The translations under genes and the position numbers were made by a program. Shown here one piece after another: positions 1 through 9,883 of a stretch of 64,000 nucleotides of DNA. Positions within the stretch are counted from its first letter, which is position 1; every line of letters begins with the position of its first letter. This DNA is from an uncultured delta proteobacterium (GTDB lineage: Bacteria; Desulfobacterota; Binatia; UBA9968): the NCBI GenBank assembly GCA_963727625.1, contig CAVSHR010000004.1, forward strand, positions 1,376,001 to 1,440,000. Direction: 5' to 3'. The notes under the pieces were generated by a model that saw only the letters and a list, made by a program, of their open reading frames with translations, was not told the origin of the DNA and ran no database searches.

Positions 1-717
1 GACCGCCCCCCCGCCGACCGTGAAAACGCCGATACCCGCGGTTTTCACAGCGCGCCTCACCACGTTGCCGTCGATGACCACCCGGCGCGCGTGATTGACC
101 TCGAACTGGAGATCGTCGATGAAATTGTTGACGATCTGCACGTCCTGGCTCGGCGCTCGGCCCTTGCCCAAAACGACGGAGTAACGATCGGTCCTATCCA
201 CGGGTTTGGGCGCGCCGTCCCAAAACCAATTATTTTCGATGCGCAGGCGTTTGGCGGCGTAAAAGACCACACCGCCGTAGGACTTGACGCCGTTGGCGTC
301 GAAGCCGAGTTGGGTGATGACGATATCGGACGCGCCGTCGAATGTGGCGATGCGCTCCGCGCCGGCCTTTCGTTTGATCACGCTGCGCCGGCCGGTGCCG
401 GCAAACACCAAATCCGAACGATTGATCACCCGCAAATTGGACACCGGATAAATGCCCTCGGGAAATTTTATGATCGCGTTCTTTGGCGCTCCGTCGATCG
501 CCCTCTGGATCGCCGCCGTATCATCCGAGACCCCGTCGCCGCGCGCGCCCAAAGCGCGCACGTCAATCATCCTAGGCTGCGGATTTGTCGCGGCGAGATG
601 GAGCAAGCCGCCGGATCGCGGGAAACCCTGCTGCATGCGTGCCGGCACGGCGCCGGCTAGAAGAATCGCCAGCGGCGCCGCGATCATCAGGGCGGTTCTA
701 AACTTTGACGGTTTCAT
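1..717 (-). CDS. Secreted right-handed beta-helix (pectate lyase 3 / GH28-like) protein, 3'-truncated by the window edge
   Basis: Not in the ORF track. Manual translation from ATG 717 gives MKPSKFRTALMIAAPLAILLAGA (signal peptide) ... IDVRALGARGDGVSDDTAAIQRAID ... IKFPEGIY, and the frame is open to base 1. Confidence 0.8.
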   Translation of the reverse strand, partial: MKPSKFRTALMIAAPLAILLAGAVPARMQQGFPRSGGLLHLAATNPQPRMIDVRALGARGDGVSDDTAAIQRAIDGAPKNAIIKFPEGIYPVSNLRVINRSDLVFAGTGRRSVIKRKAGAERIATFDGASDIVITQLGFDANGVKSYGGVVFYAAKRLRIENNWFWDGAPKPVDRTDRYSVVLGKGRAPSQDVQIVNNFIDDLQFEVNHARRVVIDGNVVRRAVKTAGIGVFTVGGGAV

Positions 718-1942
718 TTTCCGACCTCGCTTTCCTAGGCTCGATGGCGACGCCGCGGATCGCTTTCTCGTCGAGCAGTTGCCGGTAAAGCTGATCCATA
801 TCGTCGATCAGCCGGTTCACGTCGAAGCGCCGGCGCGCCGCGAGCATGGCATTTTGGCCGAGGCGCGCGGCCTTTTCCCGATCGCCGAGCAGATCGAGAA
901 CCGCGGCGGCCATGGCCTCGGCATCGCCGGCCGTGACCAACCGTCCGGTGATCTCGTCCGCGATGATGTCGGGAATCCCACCGACGCGGGTCGCCACCAC
1001 CGGGCAGCTCGCTGCCATGGCTTCGATGGCGGAGAGCGGCGTACCCTCATTATTCGAAGAGACCACCAGCACATCCAAGTCCGCGTAGATGCGCGGCAGA
1101 TCCGTGCGCCAACCGGTAAAATTGACGCGCGCCGCGATGCCGAGCCGGCGCGCGTGATCTTCGAGCGCCCGGCGCAACACGCCGTCGCCGACGACGACGA
1201 AATGCGCGGCCGGTTCGGCTCGGGCGATGCGCGCCGCCGATTCGAGAAACAGCGCGTGATTCTTGATCGGAAACAGACGGCCGACGATGCCGATCAGTCT
1301 GGCATCGCCCGCAAAGCCGAACTCGCGGCGGAATTCGCCTTGGCGGCGCGGCGCCTGGAGAAACGGCTCGATATCCAGCCCGAGCGGAATGACGGTAATC
1401 TTATCCGCCCTGGCAACGCCGTAACCGATCAAATCCTGTTTAACCTGCTCGCTCACAGCGACCAAACGATCGCTCAGCCAGGCAAGCGACCGCTCCATGC
1501 GACGGAGCGTCCAGTTTTTAACCGCGCCGTAATAGCCATGAAGCACATGGCCGTGAAAGGTATGGACGACAATCGGCACGCCGGCCAGACGGGCGGCCAC
1601 CCGTCCGAGCAATCCCGCCTTGGCCGTATGGGTATGGACGATATGCGGCCGATAACGGCGCATCACCAGCCAAAGGCGTGCCAGCGCTTTAGCGTCGCGC
1701 GGCGTCAGATTAAAAGACGTGACGATCTCGCGGATGCGATGCGGCCACACGCCGCGCGAGAGCGCATAATCCAACATGGATCCTTCTGCTCGGCTCTCGC
1801 GGCCGATCACCAGCAGTTGTTCGAATCGGTCGGGATTCAAGCCCGCGGCCAAATTGACCACGTGGATGCTCGGCCCGCCGACATTCAAGCGGCCGATGAC
1901 GCGCAGAACTCGGACCTTGTTTTCGCGCTGACGGGAAGCCAT
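698..1942 (-). CDS. Glycosyltransferase family 4 (GT-B)
   Basis: HTHTAKAG and NEGTPLSAIEAMA (EX7E) motifs; likely ATG start at 1942. Confidence 0.9.
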   Translation of the reverse strand: MASRQRENKVRVLRVIGRLNVGGPSIHVVNLAAGLNPDRFEQLLVIGRESRAEGSMLDYALSRGVWPHRIREIVTSFNLTPRDAKALARLWLVMRRYRPHIVHTHTAKAGLLGRVAARLAGVPIVVHTFHGHVLHGYYGAVKNWTLRRMERSLAWLSDRLVAVSEQVKQDLIGYGVARADKITVIPLGLDIEPFLQAPRRQGEFRREFGFAGDARLIGIVGRLFPIKNHALFLESAARIARAEPAAHFVVVGDGVLRRALEDHARRLGIAARVNFTGWRTDLPRIYADLDVLVVSSNNEGTPLSAIEAMAASCPVVATRVGGIPDIIADEITGRLVTAGDAEAMAAAVLDLLGDREKAARLGQNAMLAARRRFDVNRLIDDMDQLYRQLLDEKAIRGVAIEPRKARSENETVKV

Positions 1943-3843
1943 GAGCTCACCTCGCAATCGATGAACTGGCGATGCCAGATTTCCAGAGTCAATAGAGCCC
2001 AGAGACGGTGGCCGTGATCGCGTTCGCCGCCGAGATGTTCACCGACCAGCCGGCGCAGCGCTTGCTCGTCGAAATAACCGCGGCGCAGCGCTGTCGGCGA
2101 CAATAAATGGTCGCAGAGAAAATCCCGCAGACCGGCGCGAAACCAGCGTCCGACGGGCACGCCAAAGCCATGTTTCTTTCGCCAGAGGATCTCGCTCGGC
2201 AAGAGACCCTCGAAGGCACGCTTCAAAACATACTTCGTCGTCATCCCTTTGAGTTTGAGCGAAGTCGGGATCCGGCTGGCGTATTCCAATAGCCGGTGGT
2301 CGAGAAACGGGCAGCGCGCCTCCAAAGAATGGGCCATCGTCATGCGATCGCTCTTCACCAGCAAATCTCCCGGCAGATAACTCGAGAGATTGACCGCAAG
2401 CAACTCGTCGATCGGATCCGCGCCCGCGCGACCGCTAAAATAGCCGCGAAAGTGAGCGACCGGATCGATCTCGACGGTATCGGTGATCAGCTGGCGCAAT
2501 GCCTCGGGCGTGAAGATGCCGACCCATTCCAAATAGCGCTCGGGCAGCGGCAGCGCCGCGCTGCCGACGAAACGTTTGACCCGGCGCGCCAGATCGTCGT
2601 ACGCGGTTGATTCCGGCCAGAAGCGCGCCAGCCGGTTTACGGCATCCTGGACGCAGCGCGGCGCGCGCCGGTAGTACTCCGCCAGACGGGCGGCGGCAAA
2701 TCTTTCGTAGCCGGCGAAAAGCTCATCGCCACCGTCGCCGGTGAGCACCACTTTGACATGGGCCTGCGCCAGCCTTGCGACCCAGTAGGTCGCAAGCGCC
2801 GACGAATCCGCGAAGGGCTGATCGTAGTGCCACACCAGCTTCGGCAGCAACTCGACCGCGTCCGGCTGCACGATCAGTTCGTGGTGGTCGCTGCCAAACT
2901 GCCGCGCCACCCTGCGCGCGAACGGCAGTTCGTTGAACGACGGCTCGTCGGCGAAGCCGATGGAAAACGTGCGCACCGGCCCGCCGATCAGCCTGGTCAT
3001 CACGGCGACCACCGCCGCCGAGTCGACACCGCCGCTCAAAAACGCGCCGAGCGGCACATCGCTGGTCAAGCGCAGCCGCACCGCTTCCTCGAAACGCTCG
3101 CGCACCTGTTGGATATATTCCGATTCGAAAAACCGCGGCGCGTCGACCGGCTCCCGCGGCGCGCTCCAGTAACGGCGGATGGCAGTCTGATCGCCTTCGA
3201 CCCATAGCATGTGACCGGGCGGCAGCTCGTGGATGTTCTCGAAGAAGGTGAGCGGGCTCGGCACGTAGCCGTAGGCCAGATAGAGCGGCATCACCGCGCG
3301 GTTCACGATGGCGCGGACGCCGGGGTGGGCAAGCATCGCCTTGATCTCCGAACCGAAGACTAGTCGGTTCGCATCCTGGTGATAATAAAGTGGCTTCTTG
3401 CCGAGCCGATCGCGCGCCAGGAACAGCCGCAACTCGGCGCGCTTTCGGCCGTCGTAGATGGCGAAGGCGAACATGCCGCGCAACCGCTTCACGCAATCGA
3501 CGCCCCACTCCTCGTATGCGCAGAGAACCACCTCGGTGTCGGATCGGGAGCGAAAGCGGTGACCGCGGCGCTTGAGCTCGTCGCGCAAGTCGACGAAGTT
3601 ATAGATTTCGCCGTTGAAAACGATCCAGCAAGTCTCCGCTTGATTGGCTATTGGCTGCTGGCCGCCCTCGATATCGATAATGCTCAGCCGGGTCATGCCG
3701 AGAACGGCGTCGTCGAAGACTACCGCGCCGTGATCGTCGGGGCCGCGATGGGCCAGCGCGGCGTTCATCGGCTCAAACAGCGCCGTCGACCACCCGATGT
3801 CGCTTTTGCCCTGAAGCTCGATCCATCCGCAAATACCGCACAT
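1885..3843 (-). CDS. asnB: Asparagine synthase (glutamine-hydrolysing) family amidotransferase, EPS-associated
   Basis: N-terminal MCGICG, HRGPD, FNGEIYN, LSGGVDS and LTGDGGDE motifs. Confidence 0.92.
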   Translation of the reverse strand: MCGICGWIELQGKSDIGWSTALFEPMNAALAHRGPDDHGAVVFDDAVLGMTRLSIIDIEGGQQPIANQAETCWIVFNGEIYNFVDLRDELKRRGHRFRSRSDTEVVLCAYEEWGVDCVKRLRGMFAFAIYDGRKRAELRLFLARDRLGKKPLYYHQDANRLVFGSEIKAMLAHPGVRAIVNRAVMPLYLAYGYVPSPLTFFENIHELPPGHMLWVEGDQTAIRRYWSAPREPVDAPRFFESEYIQQVRERFEEAVRLRLTSDVPLGAFLSGGVDSAAVVAVMTRLIGGPVRTFSIGFADEPSFNELPFARRVARQFGSDHHELIVQPDAVELLPKLVWHYDQPFADSSALATYWVARLAQAHVKVVLTGDGGDELFAGYERFAAARLAEYYRRAPRCVQDAVNRLARFWPESTAYDDLARRVKRFVGSAALPLPERYLEWVGIFTPEALRQLITDTVEIDPVAHFRGYFSGRAGADPIDELLAVNLSSYLPGDLLVKSDRMTMAHSLEARCPFLDHRLLEYASRIPTSLKLKGMTTKYVLKRAFEGLLPSEILWRKKHGFGVPVGRWFRAGLRDFLCDHLLSPTALRRGYFDEQALRRLVGEHLGGERDHGHRLWALLTLEIWHRQFIDCEVSSWLPVSAKTRSEFCASSAA

Positions 3844-3876
3844 ATTGCGATCCTCCCTTCGAGCGGAATCAATTTG

Positions 3877-5016
3877 TCAGGCGAATACTCGCAAGCGAGT
3901 CGCGCCGCCGCTTAGGTCCTGATACAGCGCGATGGTCGCCGCGGCCATCCGATCGGCGCTGAAATACCGCCGCACCCGCTCGCCGGCCCGCTGCGCCAGC
4001 CGCTGTCGTCGCACCGGCTCGCGCGCCAGCCGAGCCAGCGCGTCGGCAAACGCGGCGGGTTGGCCGGGCTCGACGAGCAATGCCGATTCATCGTGCACGG
4101 CGATTTCCGTCAAGGGCGCGACTCGGCTCGCGACGATCGGTTTGCCGGCCGCCATGGCTTCGACCATGACCTGGCCGAACCCTTCCGAGCAGGTCGCAAA
4201 CGCGAACACGTCGAGGGCGGCGAGAAACGCGCCGATGTCGCTTTGAAAACCGACCAGGCTCACCCGATCGCCGACTCTGGAATCGCGAATCTGCCGGCGC
4301 AACTCGGCGCCGTAGCCCCAGGGATCATGGCCGGCGATCAATAACTGCGCGTCGGCAACTTGGCGCAGGATTTCGGGCATCGCTCGGATCAAAATCTGGT
4401 GGCCCTTGCGCGGCTCGAGCCGTCCGATCGAGCCGATGACGAACCTTCCATCGAGCCGCCAACCTTGACGCAGGTCGATGCGCGCGCCGGACAACCTTTC
4501 GGTGTCGATGCCGTAGTGAATGACCGCGGCGCGCTCGGGCGGCAGGCCAGCCCCGATCAGCCAATCGCAAACCGCATGGGAGATGCACAGGATCCGATCG
4601 GCGCGGCGCCAGAGCCTGTGCATCAACGGCAAACTCCACCGCGCCGACCAATCGACGCTGTAAACCGCGTGCACCGAGCTCACCCAGACGATCGACGGCC
4701 GGCGATATTTGACGAACGCGCCGGCCATGTCGGCGCGCGGCAGATGGGTATGGAGAATGTCCGGCTGTTCCGCGGCGACCAACCGCATGACTCGACCGAA
4801 AAAGCGCGAGTCATAGCGCCCCGCCGCACCGAGGTCAGCAACGCGAACACCCGACGCTTCAAAGTCGCGCCGCAGCGAGCGGCTGCCGACGACTCGCTCG
4901 CGCAAACAAGCGACGACCGGGTCAACGCCGCGGTCGCGCAGATGGCGGCACAGGGTGAGCAGATGCAATTCAGCGCCGCCGGCGGAAAGGGTATTGATCA
5001 GGTGAAGAACTTTCAT
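3877..5016 (-). CDS. Glycosyltransferase family 4
   Basis: Starts MKVLHLINTLSAGGAE; has the SEGFGQVMVEAMA motif. Confidence 0.9.
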   Translation of the reverse strand: MKVLHLINTLSAGGAELHLLTLCRHLRDRGVDPVVACLRERVVGSRSLRRDFEASGVRVADLGAAGRYDSRFFGRVMRLVAAEQPDILHTHLPRADMAGAFVKYRRPSIVWVSSVHAVYSVDWSARWSLPLMHRLWRRADRILCISHAVCDWLIGAGLPPERAAVIHYGIDTERLSGARIDLRQGWRLDGRFVIGSIGRLEPRKGHQILIRAMPEILRQVADAQLLIAGHDPWGYGAELRRQIRDSRVGDRVSLVGFQSDIGAFLAALDVFAFATCSEGFGQVMVEAMAAGKPIVASRVAPLTEIAVHDESALLVEPGQPAAFADALARLAREPVRRQRLAQRAGERVRRYFSADRMAAATIALYQDLSGGATRLRVFA

Positions 5017-5053
5017 GGCCTTCTGGACAGCCTCCGTGAGCCGCCTTGGCGCC

Positions 5054-6535
5054 TCACACAGAAACGCCCCTCCGTCTGACCCGCAGCAGGGTTTCACCCA
5101 AAAAGATCAGGCCGAACGTAAAACCAACCACCGTCAGAGCCTGGGGCCAAACCTCGAACGATGCCCACATCATCTGCAGAGAATATATGAGCGCGAGCAC
5201 ATAGACGGCGGCATGCAAACGCCCGCGGCGAAATTGCAGATAAAGCGTCTTGATCACGATGCCGTAAAGCAGCATCACGACGGCCACGCCGCCCAGACCG
5301 AAGTTAACATAGGCGTCGCCGATCAAAGAGGCATTGACCGCCCATTTGTCGTCTTCGGTGGCAAAGCCGAGCAGCGTTTCGACGATGTAAACCCCGGTGC
5401 TCCGCCCCGGGATAAAAATGAATTTGTTCAGCGGCCATGAGAGCGCGCCGATAAACGTCTGTCCGCCAAGGACGCCGGGACCGATGGCGATCGCTCCCGC
5501 CAGGCTGTGCAGTTGCCCGAGATCGGTAAAAATACTGACCTGCAGGTATTCCCAAAACCCGCTCAGGGTTAAGCCGTCGGAAAACGCCCGGGCGCCGAGC
5601 GCGCCGCGATACATCGCGCCGATATAAGACACGGAAAGCACCGCGAACAGGATCAACGGCGCGATCACGACGTAGGGATAGTTGACCGTAATCCTCGGCC
5701 AGCGCTGCTGCTGGCGGCGCAGATACCAGAGCAGCAACAAGCCGCCGACAATCGAGATCATCGCCCGATTCCGCCCGCCGAGCACCCAGTAAAATAGCGT
5801 CGCCAGCCCGGCCGGTAACAACGCGTGCCATGCGCCGACCTTCGGCAAGTAGTAGCAGGTCAGCAGCACGCTGCCCGAGATCAGCAGATAGGCCATGAAG
5901 AAATACTTGCCGGTGCCCTGTTGAATCGTCGTTTCACGAAACGCGCCGCTGCCGATGACCTCGAGCGAGGCGTTGCTGACGAGAAAAACGGCGAGCGCGG
6001 CAAACCCCAACAGCATGCCCGCCGCGGCGGCGGCACGGGCGCCCGGCGCCAAGGCGAACCTCAAGCCGGACGACGTGGCAAGCGGCCGCGCGCGCTGAGC
6101 CAAGAGCCATCCCAGAATGGCGGCAAGCAAGCCGAACAGAGCAAGCGCGTGTCCCCACCGCCAATCTTCGCCGGTCAGTTTCATCGCGTCGAAAAAGCGC
6201 CCGACCTCATCCGGCAGGACCGCGCCATGGAGCAGGAACAGCGCCGGAAGGAAGTGGCGGACCGCGCAGATCGCGCAAACCAGGCACAGCGGATTGAACG
6301 AATCGCGCCAGATTTGGATGGTTCGTAAGAAGGCGACGAGGATCGCCGCGTAAGCGACGATCGCGAAATAGGGCAAGAGCCCGGCCTGGCGCGCAGTCAT
6401 CGTGATGACGCCGAACAAAAACGCCGCGGCCGCCAGCCAAAAGGAAAAATAGCCGCGCGCCGCCCGTGCGTCGGCGTCAGCGGACCAGCGCGTCAAGGAT
6501 TTTTCAGAAGTGGCAATCAACATCGCCTTTCTCAC
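5054..6535 (-). CDS. wzy: Polytopic membrane protein, probable Wzy polysaccharide polymerase
   Basis: About 11-12 hydrophobic segments, GGRNRA and DAYVNFGLGG motifs, located inside a Wzx/Wzc cluster. Confidence 0.7.
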   Translation of the reverse strand: MRKAMLIATSEKSLTRWSADADARAARGYFSFWLAAAAFLFGVITMTARQAGLLPYFAIVAYAAILVAFLRTIQIWRDSFNPLCLVCAICAVRHFLPALFLLHGAVLPDEVGRFFDAMKLTGEDWRWGHALALFGLLAAILGWLLAQRARPLATSSGLRFALAPGARAAAAAGMLLGFAALAVFLVSNASLEVIGSGAFRETTIQQGTGKYFFMAYLLISGSVLLTCYYLPKVGAWHALLPAGLATLFYWVLGGRNRAMISIVGGLLLLWYLRRQQQRWPRITVNYPYVVIAPLILFAVLSVSYIGAMYRGALGARAFSDGLTLSGFWEYLQVSIFTDLGQLHSLAGAIAIGPGVLGGQTFIGALSWPLNKFIFIPGRSTGVYIVETLLGFATEDDKWAVNASLIGDAYVNFGLGGVAVVMLLYGIVIKTLYLQFRRGRLHAAVYVLALIYSLQMMWASFEVWPQALTVVGFTFGLIFLGETLLRVRRRGVSV

Positions 6536-7644
6536 AAGCTCTGGTCGAGCGAATGCGCCAGGCGCCCGTCCCGCCCCGCCTGCACGGACGCAAATAGCGC
6601 GATCAGCCGCTGCGCCAGCCGATCGATCGAATGGAGCGACTGCACCCGGATGCGCAGGTATGCGCCCATGCGGTCGCGCTCGGCGGCGGGGAGCGCCAAC
6701 AGGCGGGCCAGGCGCTCGGCCAACTGGCGGTCGTCACCGAAATCGTAGGTCAGCTCGTTCTTGAATTTTCCCAGCGTGGCGCAGAATCCTTCATTGGCAA
6801 CCACGCACGGCCGGGCGCAGCTCATCGCCTCCCACGCAACCTTGTCGCCGAATCCAATGGGCGACATGTTGACGTGCACGGCGCAACGTCGATAGCGCTC
6901 GGGCAGCCGTTCGATCGGCACCGCCGGTTCGAAGGAGACGACAGCCTGCAATTGCGCCCGATCGATCTGTTCACGGAGCTCTTGGACATAGGCGCGATCC
7001 TGTGCCACCGCCGGTGCGCCGACGATGACCACTCGGAAAGCGCGCGCGGCGCCGCGGCGCAATCGCTCGGCGGCCCGAATCAGGGTCGGATGATCTTTCA
7101 CCGGCGAAAGCCTGCCGACGCAAAGAATGATCGGCGGTTGGCTCGGCTGCGCGTCCGGACCAGGCGAAAATAGCTGGGTATCGATGCCGTGGCCGATCGC
7201 CACGAGCTTGTCGTGTTTATAGGGATAGGCGGTGTCGACGCTGGCGACCGTTTTCGCCGATAAGCGATGCGCCGCCTTGAGCGCCCAGGACGCGTGGGGA
7301 TGGGCGTACCAGGTGACGATCGGAACTTTTTTTCGCCGCAGCAACGGCGCGCCGAGGACGGTGAACAGCGGCATCATGTGCGCGAAGCAGACGTCCGGCG
7401 GCGATTCGCGCAAGACCCGGCTCAGGATTCGGTAAAATTCCGCCGCCCGGCGCGGCTCGCCGTAGCCCATCTCCTTGCCGACGGAATCGACCCGCACGTT
7501 GCTTGGGAGTTGCAACCGGCCCGCCCTCATCGTGATGACCTGCACGGAATCGATCCGCTGTGCCAGGGCGCGAATCCAATGGGTGGTAAAACCGAGAATC
7601 GGATCGTCGATGTCGGTGGCGAGATTAAAAATGAGCAATCGCAT
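6532..7644 (-). CDS. Glycosyltransferase family 4
   Basis: VGRLSPVKD and GFGDKVAWEAMS motifs. Confidence 0.88.
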   Translation of the reverse strand: MRLLIFNLATDIDDPILGFTTHWIRALAQRIDSVQVITMRAGRLQLPSNVRVDSVGKEMGYGEPRRAAEFYRILSRVLRESPPDVCFAHMMPLFTVLGAPLLRRKKVPIVTWYAHPHASWALKAAHRLSAKTVASVDTAYPYKHDKLVAIGHGIDTQLFSPGPDAQPSQPPIILCVGRLSPVKDHPTLIRAAERLRRGAARAFRVVIVGAPAVAQDRAYVQELREQIDRAQLQAVVSFEPAVPIERLPERYRRCAVHVNMSPIGFGDKVAWEAMSCARPCVVANEGFCATLGKFKNELTYDFGDDRQLAERLARLLALPAAERDRMGAYLRIRVQSLHSIDRLAQRLIALFASVQAGRDGRLAHSLDQSL

Positions 7645-8815
7645 GTTGCCTCGACGCGTTGTCGCTATGCGCGTGATGAATAATTTTTCGGTAACCGTTC
7701 AAATAGACTTCCGTGGAAAAAAACTCGTCGGCAAAGGCTTGCCCCGCCTGCCCCATGGCCCGCGCCGGGCGCGGGTTTTCGAGGATCCAGGCGAGCCGCT
7801 TCGCCAGCGCCTGCGGATCGTTGGGCGGAATCAAAAACCCGTTCACGCAGTTTTCGATCAGGTCTGGAATCCCGCCCACGGCCGTGCCGATCACGGGCGT
7901 CGCCGCCGCCATCGCTTCGATAAGGACGCGCCCGAGACCCTCCGACGCCGACGGCAGGACCACCGCCGCCGCACTCGACATGAGCGCGGCGAGCTCGACC
8001 TGAGCAACCGCCGGGCGAAATTCCACCCGGCCCTCAAGCCCGAGCAGAGAAACTTGCCGGCGCAGGGCATCGGCGTAGGTTTTATTCTGGCGGCGGCCGA
8101 CGATGAGCAATCGGCTCTCGGGAAATTCGCCGGCGATCACGGCAAAGCCATCGATCAATCGATCCACGCCTTTGAGCGGCGTCAAGACTCCGGCGTAAAG
8201 AATCCGCTGGCTATCCGGGTCTTGGGTCGCGCGCGCCGCCCGACGAAAAACGTTCATATCGGTCCAGGCAGGGAACTGCACCACCGGTTTTCCCGGCGCC
8301 CAGCGCCGGAGCTGGGCCTGCGTGGCGCTCGATATGGCGCGCAGGAGATCGGCATGACGCAGGGAGAAGCGCGCGCCGAGCGCCATCAGATCACGGTAAA
8401 AATTGGCAAAACGGATGCGCCGCTCGAGAAAAACGCTCCCGGCAAAATCGCCGTGCGCCTCCACGACCAGAAAAATCCGCCGGCCGAACCAGCCCGCGAT
8501 TTTTTTGATCACCGCCGGTGCGACCGCTTCATAGGGACTTTGCGCGACGATCAGCCGAACTTCATGGCGCAGGATGAGCCACAGCACAATCAACGCGCCC
8601 AGAATCCACATTTCCAGATAACGGACAAACCGCAGCGGTATTTCAGGCAGCAGATAAAAATGCGCCTGCTCGGAAAACCGCCGCGGCCGCGTCCCCTGCG
8701 CGAAGCCGACGACGAAGACCTCGCCGAGGCCGGCCAGCGCGGCAAATTTCTTGCGGTCCGTGGCATCGAGGGGTTGGCGATAGCGGGCGCCGCCGAAAAA
8801 GCAAACTCGGTTCAT
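7625..8815 (-). CDS. Glycosyltransferase family 4
   Basis: SEGLGRVLIEAMA and GGIPDLI motifs. Confidence 0.9.
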   Translation of the reverse strand: MNRVCFFGGARYRQPLDATDRKKFAALAGLGEVFVVGFAQGTRPRRFSEQAHFYLLPEIPLRFVRYLEMWILGALIVLWLILRHEVRLIVAQSPYEAVAPAVIKKIAGWFGRRIFLVVEAHGDFAGSVFLERRIRFANFYRDLMALGARFSLRHADLLRAISSATQAQLRRWAPGKPVVQFPAWTDMNVFRRAARATQDPDSQRILYAGVLTPLKGVDRLIDGFAVIAGEFPESRLLIVGRRQNKTYADALRRQVSLLGLEGRVEFRPAVAQVELAALMSSAAAVVLPSASEGLGRVLIEAMAAATPVIGTAVGGIPDLIENCVNGFLIPPNDPQALAKRLAWILENPRPARAMGQAGQAFADEFFSTEVYLNGYRKIIHHAHSDNASRQHAIAHF

Positions 8816-8821
8816 CGCGGG

Positions 8822-9883
8822 TCACTCCTGTAAAAGTTGTAAATACGCCGGCATCAGCACCGACCACTCGAGATGGGCTTCGGCGTATCGCATGCCCGCC
8901 TGCCCCAACGTCGATCGTTTTCCCGGCGAGCGCGCCAGCTCCACCAGGGCATCCGAGAACTCTTCGAGCGATCTGCACAGAACCCCGGAACCGGACTCCT
9001 GCAAAATCAAGCCTTCATCGAGCTCCGTCGAAACCACCGGCACGCCGCAAGCCATAAACTGGGCGATCTTGACGCTGAACCGGCCCGGCGGAGGCGACCA
9101 TGTGCGCGGGTAAACGCCGATGTCCAAATCCGCTAAATAAGTGAGCATGTCCGCCAGCGCGACATAGCCGAACAATTTGACCCAGCCGCTTCGCCCCGCG
9201 AGCACATGCGCCTTGAGGGATTCGCTCGCGTTGCCGAACAGCCAGAGGGTGAGCCTGGGCTCGGACAAGCGCGCGCGTTCGACGGCCTGGAAAAGAAAAT
9301 CGAGATCGTCCTGATCTCCCCGTGCCCTTTGCGCACCGTCGGCGCTCAGGGTTAGCGATGGGGCGTGAAAGCCGATGACGATCTCGTCGGCGCCTTTGAA
9401 TCGGGCGCGGATTTCACGGCGCTTGCCGGCATCGATCTGTCCCGCAGCGACTCCCTGTGGGATCACATGGATCGGCGCCCTCACTCCTCGCTCTTGGAAA
9501 ATCGCCTTGGCGCGATGGGTGGTCACGACCAGCGCTTTGACCTGGGGTAGGTTCAACGCCGCAACTTCCGCTTCGCTGAACAGCGGATCATCGAGATCGA
9601 CGACCACGCTGCGGTGTCTTGGCCAGGCGCGAATCTGTTCAGTGGTCACCGTGTAAAGGGTTTCATAGCGGCGCGCCAGATATTGGATCGACGCGGGATA
9701 AATCAGCACGCCGCTCAAGCGGTGCCAGATACGATACTGCACGGCGCGGATCCACCGGTGCTCGCTCAGACGAAATTTGCAAAAGCGCACCACCGAGCGG
9801 AGGCGAGGAAACAGCGCCGCGTAGCGCGGATTGTTGTGCTGCGGAAACCACAGGGTCAGGCAGACGGCCTTAGGCGCGGTCAC
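8822..9883 (-). CDS. GT-B glycosyltransferase
   Basis: FSVKIAQFMACGVPVVST motif; GTG start at 9883 overlaps the wzx stop and follows AAGGAGG. Confidence 0.8.
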   Translation of the reverse strand: MTAPKAVCLTLWFPQHNNPRYAALFPRLRSVVRFCKFRLSEHRWIRAVQYRIWHRLSGVLIYPASIQYLARRYETLYTVTTEQIRAWPRHRSVVVDLDDPLFSEAEVAALNLPQVKALVVTTHRAKAIFQERGVRAPIHVIPQGVAAGQIDAGKRREIRARFKGADEIVIGFHAPSLTLSADGAQRARGDQDDLDFLFQAVERARLSEPRLTLWLFGNASESLKAHVLAGRSGWVKLFGYVALADMLTYLADLDIGVYPRTWSPPPGRFSVKIAQFMACGVPVVSTELDEGLILQESGSGVLCRSLEEFSDALVELARSPGKRSTLGQAGMRYAEAHLEWSVLMPAYLQLLQE

